A DNA stretch of 64,000 bases, taken from assembly GCF_000002075.1 (NCBI RefSeq), contig NW_004797526.1:581889-645888 (forward strand). Reading direction: 5' to 3'. Both the position numbers and the translations under genes were made by a program. Below are positions 23,901-34,463 of the stretch, piece after piece. This DNA comes from Aplysia californica. Taxonomy: Eukaryota. Every line of letters starts with the position of its first letter. The stretch's first letter is position 1. The notes under the pieces were generated by a model. The model was not told the origin of the DNA and did no database searches. It saw only the letters and a program-made list of their open reading frames with translations.

Positions 23901-26900
23901 TAGTGTTAGATCTAGATTAGATCTAGATCTAGTCCATGAGATCTATGAATGAATGAATGTCATAATCTTTCATCCAAGTATTCTTATCATGGTCCTCGGG
24001 CTTGGCTGTCCTAGTTCATGAGTATAGAGTTGTGTTGTAGGCTATAGATCTAGATCACATGGGGCATGGGGAGAGTGCATGTCACATGTGACATGTGTTT
24101 GTGTGAGTGGACATATTACTAAATTAGATCTAATCTATGCGTTTGTTTGTGTTATGAATCAGGAGTGTTGATCATGGTCCTTGTGCTTGGAGTCCTAGTT
24201 CATGATTATAATTTTTTTGTGCATAGATTACATGGGAGAGTGTATGTCACATGTGTTTGTGTGAGTGGACATAGAATCTTATGACATGAATATTTATAGT
24301 TTGTCGTTATGACACTAGACGTCTAGTATTAGTTTACATTGCGAAAAGAGAAGGTTGGTATATTTCGTTTGATTGTTGTTAGCATATAATTTAGAAGGAA
24401 TATTGATCTAAAATATTGTAACTTTACTTGGGTAGATTTGGTGTCTATATATAGATCTATATATTATGTGGGCGCCGAGGCGTCGGTGGCGATTTGGTTA
24501 GAACATTGACTCATGCGCTATACATGTGCTATTATTATTTTATATATTTTATTGGTTTGTCTTTTTTATTGTTACATTGTCAAGTGATCAGTGATTGTAA
24601 AAGTGTTATGTTGAACATGCGATTTCCAAATTTCACACTTTTTTTCTCGTGTTTATAATTCACAGCCATGGGCTTCAGTCCGAAGAAAAGTCTGGAGGAC
24701 TACTGGGACAGCTACTGGCTGTTTGAGACTAAATTTAGCGACGTCCTCTCCCGCCACCGGTATCAGATGTTGCAAGCCTTTTTTCATGTGAGTGACATAC
24801 AGACACACATTCCTCGTGGTCAGGATGGTTACAAACCACTAGCTAAAATTCAGCCTCTGCTCGACCTCCTTGTTCCGCAGCTGTCTGCGGTGTACTACCC
24901 TCATCGAGAGATCAGCATTGACGAGAGCATGGCGCGGTTCAAGGGCAGATGTCACTTTCGTCAATTTATGCCCGACAAACCGACCAAGAGGGGTTTCAAG
25001 GTGTTCGTCGTTTGTGATGCCCGTAATTACTATGCCCTAAACCTCATGATATATACTGGTAAAGAGCACTTTGTCGTTCCTCAGGACAAGAGTTTCACCG
25101 AGCATCTCGTAACTACTCTTATGGCACGGTACATGGACAAAGGGCATGTCCTGTTCATGGACAACTTTTATTCTTCTCCGTCGTTGTTTGCGACTCTTCA
25201 GGGTGCTTTGACTGGTGCTGTCGGCACTGTTGTCGAAAGTCGACGTGATTTCCCAGCTGAGCTGAAGCGCGCAAACCTAATTTTGAAAAAAGGAGACGAC
25301 CCTGTGTTTTACAGGTCCAACGACATGGTCGCTGTCTCCTGGCACGACACGAAACGTGTAAACCTCCTGAGCACGGTCCATACTAACAATACTGTGCACA
25401 AGCGCATTCGTGCGAAAGATGCCCCAGGCGGGTACAGGTCTGTCGACAAACCGGTCATCGCGGACACGTACAACTCATTCATGGGTGGCGTGGACCATTT
25501 TGACCAGCTGATGAAGAACTACGCGTATCCACACCGCAATTATAAATGGTACCACGCCCTGTACCACTACCTGAAAGACCTTTCTTTGGTCAACGGCTGC
25601 ATCCTCATGGTGCGAGATGGCCATTCGACATCTGCAAAGGATTTCCGCAAATCTGTGGTGGACGCCCTCATTCGGCCTCACATGATTCGGCGACAGAACG
25701 ACAGACACCAAACAAACAACGCTGTCGATCGCCTAAATGCTGCAGCCTTCGGGCATTTCCCAGCAAAATTTGCAGACCCTAAGCACCGCCCCGTTTGCAA
25801 AGTCTGCGCTTCCGTCAAGAAACGTGCTCAGTGTCGGCATTATTGTCCCACGTGCAATGTTGCACTTTGTATTGACAACTGCTTCAGAATATACCACACG
25901 GCAAAAGATATCAAGGAAGCAAGGCAACAGCTGACTCAGTGAACAGTTATGTGTGTGAATTCATATGTGCTGATGGATTATTTTGCGCCAGTGAGTGAGT
26001 TGGGCTAATTCTAGTCAATGTCACACTATATTTGCATGTGTATGCCAACAGAACAACTGCACTTCAAAACAGCTAACATGATAATATAGTTTTCAGTATT
26101 GTGTCATTCTAACCTGTGGTATATTTTTTTACATCTTGCTCGTTGTTTCATGCAGATCACTTTCACACAAAAGCTATCCGTTTCTTAGAAATATTATTTT
26201 TGCGTTTTTCCCAATCGGAACATTTTATTCAAAGTTGTTGTCTTTTTTTCGTATTTCTTGTGTTTTCTACATATTTCCTCTATTTTCATGGGCTCAAAAC
26301 AGTTTCATGTTTTGTGTGAGACGTGGTATTGCAAAAATTTGAATTGTGCTAAACAATTTGTGTGCTGAGGAAATTTCTTCCGAGTTAGACTTTCAGCACC
26401 TTTAGATTCTATTTTCCTTCCGACTCACTCAATACGTAAATACTTCTATGCGTATGGTTCATATCATTCGCAAATGGTCAAATTAATTTTGAAGCAAGTT
26501 TTAGATGGTATCTGTTTTGATTTTTTTGTTATTCTACTGCCAAAAAAAGCAAATTTGGGCTTTTTTGTGTTATACTTGATCATTACATAATCAAAATGGC
26601 CGCCTTTTCCGCATATATATGTTTTTTTTTTCCGTTTTCTGAATGCTCTGTCAATTATTATGCACCCTGCAAAATTTCATGATGATACATGTATTAGTTT
26701 TTGAGAAATTTGAATTTTACTGAACCACCCTATGCTGTGAAAATAGCCTCCGATTTAGACTGTTTCAGTACGTTTCCGTATTTCCTTCCGACTCCCTCAA
26801 AATGCGAAAATACTTCAATTTCTATGGTGCATATCACTCAGAAATGGTCAAATCAACTTTGAAGGGTGTTTTAGGTGGTATCTGTTTTGATTTTTAAATT

Positions 26901-29900
26901 ATTCTACTTCCAAAGAAGCAAATTTTGGCCTTTTTTGTGTTATAATTGCTCATTACATAATCACAATGGCCGCTTTTTCCGCGTAATTTTTTTTTTTTTT
27001 TTTTTTCTGAATGCTTTGTCTATTCTTATGTACCCTGTAAAAATTCATGATGATACATGTATTGGTTTTTGAGAACTTTGAATTTTACTGAACCACCCTA
27101 TGCTGTGAAAATAGCCTCCGATTTAGACTGTTTCAGTACGTTTCCGTATTTCCTTCCGACTCCCTCAAAATGCGAAATTACTTCAATTTCTATGGTGCAT
27201 ATCACTTAGAAATGGTCAAATCAACTTTGAAGGGTGTTTTAGGGGGTATCTGTTTTGATTTTTGTATTATTCTACTTCCAAAGAAGCATATTTTGGCTTT
27301 TTTGGTGTTATAATTGCTCATTACATAATTGCAATGGCCGCCTTTTCCACTTTTTTTTTTTTTTTTTTGCCTTTTCTAAATGCTTCTTCTATTCTGATGC
27401 ACCCTGTAAAATTTCATGGTGATACCCATATTAGTTTTTGAGAAATTTGAATTGAACTGAACCACCCCTGTGCTTTGACAGTGGCCTTCGATTTAGCTTG
27501 TTTCGATACCTTTTTTATTTTCTTCTGACACTCTCAAAAACCAGAAATACTTCTGTTGCTGTGGTTCATGTCACTCACAAGTGACCAAATAAACTTTGTA
27601 ACATGATATATGAAATATACCTTGTTGATTTGAATGTTTTACCCCTCCAAAACAGCCATTTATACCTTTTTTCATATAATATCTCATTATATATTCAAAA
27701 TGGCCGCCCTGGTTACGTGGTAAAAAAATTTTTTTTTTCAAAATCTATATGTCAATTCAATTTTCTAAGACTGCTGAAAATTTGAAGGTGATCTGTGCAA
27801 TCATTACTGAGAAAACTACATTTTACTGAACTACCCCCATTTTTCTGGAATTGCTGCTCAGTGGTGCGTGGAGGAAAGGGTTTTTCCTCTATATCCTATG
27901 TGGGGGAAAAGTGTTAAGCCGCATCCCTGATCTTAAGGTAGCTAAGATCAAACACAAAGCTTTCTCGGATATGGGTGAAAAAAAAAAAAAGAGTGTATTT
28001 CAGCAAACAAACTTAAAACATTCAAAACGAGGAGAATAAAAATTACCTGTTCACTTGACAAATATTTAAACCACTGTAAAGATGATACTTAACAAAATAT
28101 AAGTGTTGGAGTTCATTTCAACAACCTTAATCACATAGCAAAAATTCCAGTTTTAATCTCATATACCTTTCAGGACAAGGTTCACTGTTGTTTGTCACTT
28201 GGGTTAAGGACTGGTATTGCTGCCGCAATTTTTGAAGATGACCAAAACTTGTGTCGTTGATGATGAACTCATCACATTTGTAACTGGGGGAAAAAAAAGC
28301 ACTGCTATGTAAATCTATGCTCATTGAAAATTACTTGTGGACATCATGACATGCCAGTGAGTCAAGATTCTTTCAGGAACATTTTCTATAATCTAGCATT
28401 AAACTGAGCATGCCTTGATACAAATGCAATAGCTGACTAAAAGTGAGGCTTTTTGACAAAGGCAATCCAAAACGTGATAGACAGAGAAGGGAAACTAAAC
28501 AAAAACGGTCAGTGACAATTCATGGTACAACAACAGTGAATTCATTGAGCAAAGAGAAGCACATCAACATGATAAATCCATTTAAGGTTGCGGAAGAGCA
28601 AAACAATTGGAAGGAAATAGTACAGACAAAGAGAGGGTTACGGTAAAGGCACTTTGGTAATTCATGTTCTTAGCCTAATCACTTATGGTTGGTTATGGCA
28701 TCTGCAGCAAAATTTTGAACAGCTGCATGGTTACACAGGGACAACTTTTTAAATATATCTACACACCACCAAGCCATGTGGCATGATGGGCTATAACTAC
28801 TGCCCCAAGTTCACTATACTCCTATCTTAGGTAACAAATGGTATCTCTGCTGTCATCTGAAAGGTACCAGTACCATTAATAATGTATTCTTACCAGAACG
28901 CCATGAGATTTTGGCAGTCCATACAGACAGCATGAAGTTCACTGTGAGCTTCATGATGTTCCTTGGCATGACCTTTCACATACCTGGCAAGAATGAGAGA
29001 AAGAGGTGTTAACACAAAAGCTTATTTTTATTGATCCCGAAAGAGGTCTAGGCAAAGTTGAACTTGAACTGGTAATGTAGTATAAAACTAAAACACATAG
29101 AGATAAAATCAGAATATAATTCCTTTTCACACTGGGCAAAAAACCAATAGACGACTCATTATAAGACAGAACATGCATCATACACTCTTGAAACAAATCC
29201 CAGTTGTTTAAAACAAATCTGGAGATGGGGCAAAAGAATATATATCTGTCAATTCTTGGTCACTGTAATGTTTTATTAATCATAATTTCAATACAGTAGT
29301 CTCCGCCTTATGGAGCGCCATACAAAGGCACAATCCGATCAAACACAACCGTTCGTCATATATGGCAGTTTTTTACTTTATAATTTAGACGTACAAAAGC
29401 ACAGTTACTTCCTTTAAACGCACGCTTCGAACCCTCAAACAAGCAGACAGGTAAAGCTAGACAAAGAGAAATTTTTTACACAAACCTACACAGCTTGCAT
29501 GGACAAGTCTAAACACACATAAGATATTCGGTGAAGAGAGTGATGGAGAATGTTAACCCATCATACTGTCCACAGACACAGAGAGAGGTCAAGGACTGGG
29601 TGAGCAATATGTTTGGGGTGTGTGGGTGTGTGACTGAAATGTATTTTGGTTGGTCACTCATAATGAATGCGTCTTAAAGAGAAGGCTTCTCACTTATGTT
29701 TGAGTGACCAATGTTTGGTAAGACCTATGAATATGATGAAACCAATATGCGTCAATACTCCACAACACTAGAATAGGCCTACAGAATTAAAGATTCGTCA
29801 AGTGATCAGCTATGCTCCAAGAACTTATAACGTACTTGTTCAATGAATAATAAAAGAAAAATTTCTCAGAATGTCTGATATCATCCATGCATTTACCGGG

Positions 29901-32757
29901 TTGCAATAGATGATCATCATGACAGGCCGCCAGGGGTGGTCGCTTGGAAAGCCATGTGGCAGAGCACTCTTCCATGACTATCACAAATAGTTTCCTCAAG
30001 TGATCTGATCCCGACTTGTTAGTGTATCATATTAGCACAGCGAGTCAGTCATTAAAATTGCTTTTTTCCACCTCTTTTGTAGTCATCCGTGATTGAGGAA
30101 TCCATAAAACAGACACATTTCGTTGCATTGGTGAAAGTGGAACCCCCCCCCCCCACACACACACACAGTTCAGGGGAGGTCACTAAATATTAAGAAAAAG
30201 AAACAGTTGTGTCCCTTTTCCCAGGTTCAGGTCAAACACAAATTCCTGTGTAAACACAGGTTTAGAGGAGCCCTCCAAAGGACCATGCTTTTAGCCTGCA
30301 GAGACCACTGTACAGAAACAATAAGCTACAGACAGCAAAGCATTGAAACAAGATAATACTTACCTGCCACAATTTATTTCACCACAAGTTAAACAGATCC
30401 ATGGGCTTTCTTCAGTATGACAAACTGCAATAAATAGTACACAAAATGAAATCAGACATGCTTTTACTGTGGTACATAAAAAAAATAATTCGTTTTCCTT
30501 TGGTGAAAAATATCCACAAAAACATCTTGCAAGAGTAAAGTATTCTTTTCCAATTTCAAACCGTCTTTTCCATGACGTACACACATTCAATATTGGAGAG
30601 AACTTCTCTCATTATCAAGTAAAGTCATTTTCAAGATGGTCCTAAAAAAAAAAGCCCTGGCTGCTAAGGCTATATCATACTTCGAGGAAAAAAGTCCAGT
30701 GGCCACGAGTGGACGATGAGCTCAGGCTCACAATAATCATCACAATGTCAAAAGATTCTATGTCAATGATACAGCGTTTTGACGGGTACTGTACATCAGA
30801 CTTTTAATGCAATTGTTTTTTCACATTTCACCCATTTCGCTTTTTGCGAACCTTTTAAATTCGCTATTTAATTTTCCCAGGGAAATTATTTTGGTTCCGA
30901 TACAGTCGCGCTCCTTTAAACATTTCGTGAATAACTTGAATTTGCTGATTTCTTTACAATTTGCGAATCGCTAAAACCCCTCCCTCCGTTATACAGCAGT
31001 CACTGGGGTGTGTCCTTGAACTACACACAATAACCCTAGCTCAAAAACAGGGCACAGCACAAGGGTGACCAGCAATGGTGTGTATGGATTTTCTAGGTTT
31101 GTGATGTTAAAGTAATTCATACATTTACTCAAGGGAATCATTAGAATGGAGTATATTATTTTTATGAGTTCCAAGTAGTGACAGCATCACTGTCGTCAAT
31201 AAGGAGTTGCCGCTGTAGTGGTGGTCGAAAGAAATTCATGATTGTTTGGGCCCTGGCCCTAAGCTCTAGGCTGTCATGCTAAAGGCATGTGGGCAGCTAC
31301 AGTAGAAACCTGAAATACAGAGATGGTGGGACCAGACAAAAAGTCCTGTTACATCCGATCCCTGTTAAATCAGAAATGCAAGGGAAGTAAGCAGTATTTA
31401 TTCATAGGTAGTTTCCTTTGCCACGAGTACCCACGAACCAGGGTTTTGGCCATGTGGTAGGCCTGCGCATGACACATTACACTTGCGTGTAGCTAGGCTA
31501 GATCGAAGTCTGCAGCACACAATAAAAAATCAAATAAAGTTGACAAACCAAAAGGTGTCAATTCCGACTGTAATACACACAAAAAAAAGAAAAACTGATT
31601 CATTATTCTTCAGAGCCATCTCAGTGTTCATATTCCAGTCTTTTCAGACTTTCAATTTTTCCCTCGTGAAAATCTCAAGACTCCTGGATCACTTCCTTTT
31701 CATCAAATGAAAATACCTCAATGCTTGCTTTCATGTTAAATTATCAGTTTGTTGTTAACAGCCTTTGTGGTCAGTGAACTGCAGAGTGCTGTATTTCAGA
31801 CACAGACACAATTTCATAAAAGGTGACTGCTTGTCAACTGTGTTTGTGTGTGGGCGTTGTTGTCAAATCATTGACTTGGCTTTGGGATATAAGAAAGAAA
31901 ATGCTGCTGCCAGATGCACACCACCTACGTTTTAACACTTTGCCGTCTCATCCTGCTGATTGGCGATGTCTACGACCCAGTTTCTTTGGATTTTCCCCAA
32001 AATATGATGGCAAAGTAGCATATGCAAACCCTCAAAACGAAATTTTAAAGAGTAACGCTCACGCACCTCCAAAATTCAAAGGGGATTTGCAGGTTTAATG
32101 CGCAATATTTATTATTATATGGGACGGCCTGGGCGTTGAGTCAAAAAAAAAAAAAAAGGCTATATTTGTGTAAAAATTGCCAGATGGGCGGAAAAATGCA
32201 AATGTTGGTTTCTTCAATATATAGATCTAGATCTAGATAATTATTTTGACGAGTGCCTGATTTAATTGACAGGAAGCAACAGCGAGCACCTAGCACACCT
32301 CTGTGACTGGCCCAAAGTCGCCAAAGATGACGTATTTCCACTATCTATTTTTGTCGTCTTCCGGGGCTTCCCTCGCCAGTTGACTAAATGATAGATCTCA
32401 CCGTGGCGAGCCCACGCCATGGCCATGGGCTATGTCACTAAGATTCATCGCAGACTACTATGGCTGTGAGTGCGTGCGCGCATGTGTATCATGTGTGCGT
32501 ACGTGTTTGTGTGATGTGTGTGAGTGTGAGCACAACTTTGAGGAATGGCCACCTCTATTCTCACCCGGAGTGAGAATAGTGCCGGCGAGTCTTGTGGCTA
32601 TTCTCACCCGATGCGCGTTCACCAAATTTTGCGTTCACCCTAAACCACAGAATTCTACACTGTGATAACAGAAAAATTGTAGAATTCTGTGCCGTGAACA
32701 AACGTTCCATTACAACTGTAGCCTACTAAAAGCGTACAATTTTGTCTGTGGGAAGTG

Positions 32758-32794
<37 letters not shown>

Positions 32795-34463
32795 GAGTAG
32801 CGCGAGAACTTCCAGGCAAAACAAAATGGCGACCCGCGTAGTTCGGCTCGATTCGAAAAGTTAAATAGCCGTAGCATCTTTGTAGACAACCAAATTAATT
32901 TACTTTTGTGTTTTAACATCATTTTTAAACTTTGTATTGGTCAAGAAAGTGTCTATTCTCACCCGCCCGGAAGTTCTCGCAAGATCAACTCCTCCCCTCT
33001 TCTCTCTCTCTCTGTCTCTTTCTGAATACTGTCTATCGGTGTGGACGATCAAATTGACCAAAACAAAGTTAAAAAATGATGTTAAAACACAAAAGTAAAT
33101 TAATTTGGTTGTCTACAAAGATGCTACGGCTATTTAACTTTTCGAATCGAGCCGAACTACGCGGGTCGCCATTTTGTTTTGCCCGGAAATTCTCGCGCTA
33201 CTCCTCTCTCTCTTTCTCTCTCCACTGCCCACAGACAAAATTGTACGCTTTTAGTAGGCTACAGTTGTAATGGGACGTTTGTTCACGGCACAGAATACTA
33301 CAATTTTTCTGTTATCACAGAGTAGAATTCTGTGGTTTAGGGTGAACGCAAAATTTGGTGAATGCGCACCGGGTGAGAATAGCCACAAGACTCGCCTGCA
33401 CTATTCTCACTCCGGGTCAATTTGATCGTCCACACCGATAGACAGTATTCAGAAAGAGACAGAGAGAGAGAGAAGAGGGGAGGAGTTGATCTTGTGAGAA
33501 CTTCCGGGCGGGTGAGAATAGCCACTTTCTTGAGGAAAAGGTAAATCTATGGAACGAAAATTGCTAAGAATGATAACAGAAATTAATACAAAAAACAAGC
33601 CTAAACACATCTAAATGTAGATTTAGATCTAGTCAATAGTATAGTTACTGGCGAGGGAAACCCAGAGTCTTGTGGGAGGCCCCGGAAGATGACAAAATAC
33701 ATGGCTGAAATACTTCATGATCTAATCTAGATATTTGGGCCAATCACAGCATGTGTGCTAGGTGCTCGCTGTAGCTTCAAGATTCGTATTTCATTGTCAC
33801 TGCTGAGATGCCATAATTTCTTTTTTCAATATACGATGGAATATAATGGGCACGATGGAAAATAATGGGCGTACTTTGTAACCTCTTGACTCTGAGAGAA
33901 TAGGGACAGACTGATGATAGAGAGATCTACTGAAACTATCAGTATCATAAGTTATGGTATGACTAAAAAGTAAAAGTAAAGTCTTGATTGTAGATTGTAG
34001 AAGTTTTAGAGTAGCCTAGCCTAGATCTAAATCTAGGCCTATTCCTATTCCATAATATAAAGGCTAGGCTAGTAACACAGGATAGGCCTAAGCCAGCCCT
34101 AAGAAGACAATTTATTTACATAACATTATTATTGAATGGGAGAAATAGGCCAAATGAAAAATACATTCCAGACAACACTTAAACTTACTAACCTAGCTAC
34201 TAGATCTAGATCTAGACATACCACAGACAATAGCCTACCTAGATCTAGAACAGATTTTTATCTAAACTAGATCTAGACATCCAGATCTTGCCCAGAATCT
34301 AGATCTAGACTTCTGGGCTAGGCTACCAATCTACATGACTCTAATTTGTAGTTTGTTGTGCACACCTACCAGAACACTTGAAAATTGGGCTTTCCGTGCT
34401 CGGCGTTACATTTGACAAATCAAATGCTATTCTTGCACTTCCTTCTATGTGCGGACACTCCAT
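11684..34463 (-). CDS. USP3: Ubiquitin carboxyl-terminal hydrolase 3-like (ZnF-UBP + peptidase C19), 15 coding exons, 556 aa
   Basis: complement(join(11684..11934,12770..12810,14749..14822,16109..16228,17178..17296,18578..18658,18985..19205,20114..20227,20558..20671,21241..21326,22888..22975,28167..28283,28894..28983,30364..30424,34370..34463)). All introns are GT-AG, phases are consistent and the total is 1671 nt. It starts MECPH like USP3. Motifs: ZnF-UBP ([19 protein letters not shown]), Cys box ([16 protein letters not shown]), QQDAHEF, LHLKRF, His box ([22 protein letters not shown]), WYHFND. Confidence 0.93.
12770..12810 (-). CDS. USP3: USP3 exon 14 (catalytic His)
   Basis: [13 protein letters not shown]; 41-nt exon with ttcAG/GTATGC splice sites. 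Confidence 0.93.
13297..14094. mobile_element. MITE of the same family as 3223-5088, in USP3 intron 13
   Basis: TA|CAGTTGAACCTGT...ACAGGTTCGACTG|TA; a single copy of the 65-bp unit. Confidence 0.87.
14749..14822 (-). CDS. USP3: USP3 exon 13
   Basis: [25 protein letters not shown]. Confidence 0.93.
15022..15191 (-). mobile_element. Same retroposon family, 5'-truncated
   Basis: 12-bp TSD CGTCACCTTTCA at 15010-15021 and 15192-15203. Confidence 0.75.
15660..15950. repeat. Diverged ~186-bp tandem duplication
   Basis: TTTCAAATTAAAT...GCCTTGC...GACTTTGACCAA at ~15670 and ~15856. Confidence 0.7.
16109..16228 (-). CDS. USP3: USP3 exon 12
   Basis: [11 protein letters not shown]...FPIQGLDM; AG/GTGAGT splice sites. 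Confidence 0.94.
16314..16715 (+). mobile_element. Same retroposon family, longer copy in the opposite orientation
   Basis: TSD TAACCCCTTTGT at 16302-16313 and 16716-16727; shared 3' stem-loop at 16651-16700. Confidence 0.72.
17178..17296 (-). CDS. USP3: USP3 exon 11
   Basis: [40 protein letters not shown]. Confidence 0.94.
18128..18248. repeat. ~53-bp tandem repeat next to an assembly gap
   Basis: TAACTTTT..CCTCAACAATGGGCGA...TAAGACATGTCCAA occurs twice. Confidence 0.7.
18578..18658 (-). CDS. USP3: USP3 exon 10
   Basis: DLSLDIP...ICTLS; ccAG/GTAGGG splice sites. Confidence 0.92.
18985..19205 (-). CDS. USP3: USP3 exon 9
   Basis: [19 protein letters not shown]...[15 protein letters not shown]...DPFL. 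Confidence 0.95.
20114..20227 (-). CDS. USP3: USP3 exon 8
   Basis: [16 protein letters not shown]...[17 protein letters not shown]. Confidence 0.93.
20558..20671 (-). CDS. USP3: USP3 exon 7
   Basis: [13 protein letters not shown]...; ttcAG/GTAAGT splice sites. Confidence 0.9.
21241..21326 (-). CDS. USP3: USP3 exon 6 (catalytic Cys box)
   Basis: [18 protein letters not shown]; AG/GTAAGT splice sites. Confidence 0.95.
21665..22734. mobile_element. piggyBac-type MITE with a nested insertion
   Basis: TTAA|CCCTTCCAGCC...GGCTGGAAGGG|TTAA. Confidence 0.8.
21818..22580. mobile_element. Tc1/mariner-pogo-type MITE nested in the TTAA element
   Basis: TA|CAGTCGAACCTG...CAGGTTCGACTG|TA. Confidence 0.85.
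22888..22975 (-). CDS. USP3: USP3 exon 5 (DQNVPK...HKRRKR, NLS-like)
   Basis: tgtAG/GTTTGT splice sites; phase bridges exons 4 and 6. Confidence 0.8.
23320..25942 (+). CDS. piggyBac (PGBD4-like, DDE_Tnp_1_7) transposase, 2 exons, 606 aa
   Basis: join(23320..23863,24666..25942). The G|GTAAG...CACAG intron restores [15 protein letters not shown] triad in IDES, MDNFY and MGGVD. C-terminal Cys-rich domain CKVC...[18 protein letters not shown]. No stops or frameshifts. Confidence 0.92.
26340..27840. repeat. ~369-bp tandem repeat, ~4 units, inside the piggyBac 3' arm
   Basis: A TGAA(C/T)CACCC-type motif recurs at ~26715, ~27084, ~27453 and ~27822. AATGGCCGC recurs at the same period. The middle units are nearly identical. 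Confidence 0.9.
28167..28283 (-). CDS. USP3: USP3 exon 4 ([11 protein letters not shown]...)
   Basis: ccAG/GTATAT splice sites; CYxCDEF motif. Confidence 0.85.
28894..28983 (-). CDS. USP3: USP3 exon 3 ([10 protein letters not shown]...MAFC)
   Basis: ccAG/GTAAGA splice sites, ZnF-UBP continuation. Confidence 0.92.
29294..30310. mobile_element. TA-flanked MITE in USP3 intron 2
   Basis: TA|CAGTAGTCTC...GAGACCACTG|TA. Confidence 0.65.
30364..30424 (-). CDS. USP3: USP3 exon 2 ([21 protein letters not shown])
   Basis: ttgcAG acceptor, GTAAGT donor, ZnF-UBP motif. Confidence 0.92.
32273..33778. repeat. Nested and interleaved inverted repeats in USP3 intron 1 (C..A B A' B'..C')
   Basis: A 32563-32944 pairs with A' 33054-33417. 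B 32941-33059 pairs with B' 33415-33533. Diverged outer arms are 32273-32380 and ~33647-33778. Near-identical ORFs on opposite strands (32710-32922, 33076-33270) confirm the inversion. Confidence 0.93.
34370..34463 (-). CDS. USP3: USP3 coding exon 1 ([31 protein letters not shown])
   Basis: ATG at 34463, donor GTAGGT; missed by the ORF track. Confidence 0.85.

Larger units (their letters stand above)
23071..27913 (+). mobile_element. Full-length piggyBac-superfamily transposon in USP3 intron 4
   Basis: TTAA at 23067-23070 and 27914-27917. Imperfect 14-bp TIRs: CACTTAGCCTCCAC and revcomp CACTTTTCCCCCAC. Internal TIR-like copies at 23115-23128 and 27868-27880. Encodes a transposase. Confidence 0.88.

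Noticed and set aside
24666-25942. USP3-piggyBac exon-trap fusion analogous to CSB-PGBD3
   Set aside because: The transposase and its splice acceptor are antisense to USP3, so host splicing cannot capture it.
32710-33270. Two near-identical small ORFs on opposite strands ([11 protein letters not shown]...)
   Set aside because: They are a by-product of the inverted repeat, run through a GA microsatellite and have no recognisable domain.
33905-33965. Hammerhead ribozyme-like CTGATGA...GAAAC
   Set aside because: Stem II lacks the proper closing pair, and no convincing stem I/III with an NUH cleavage triplet can be built.
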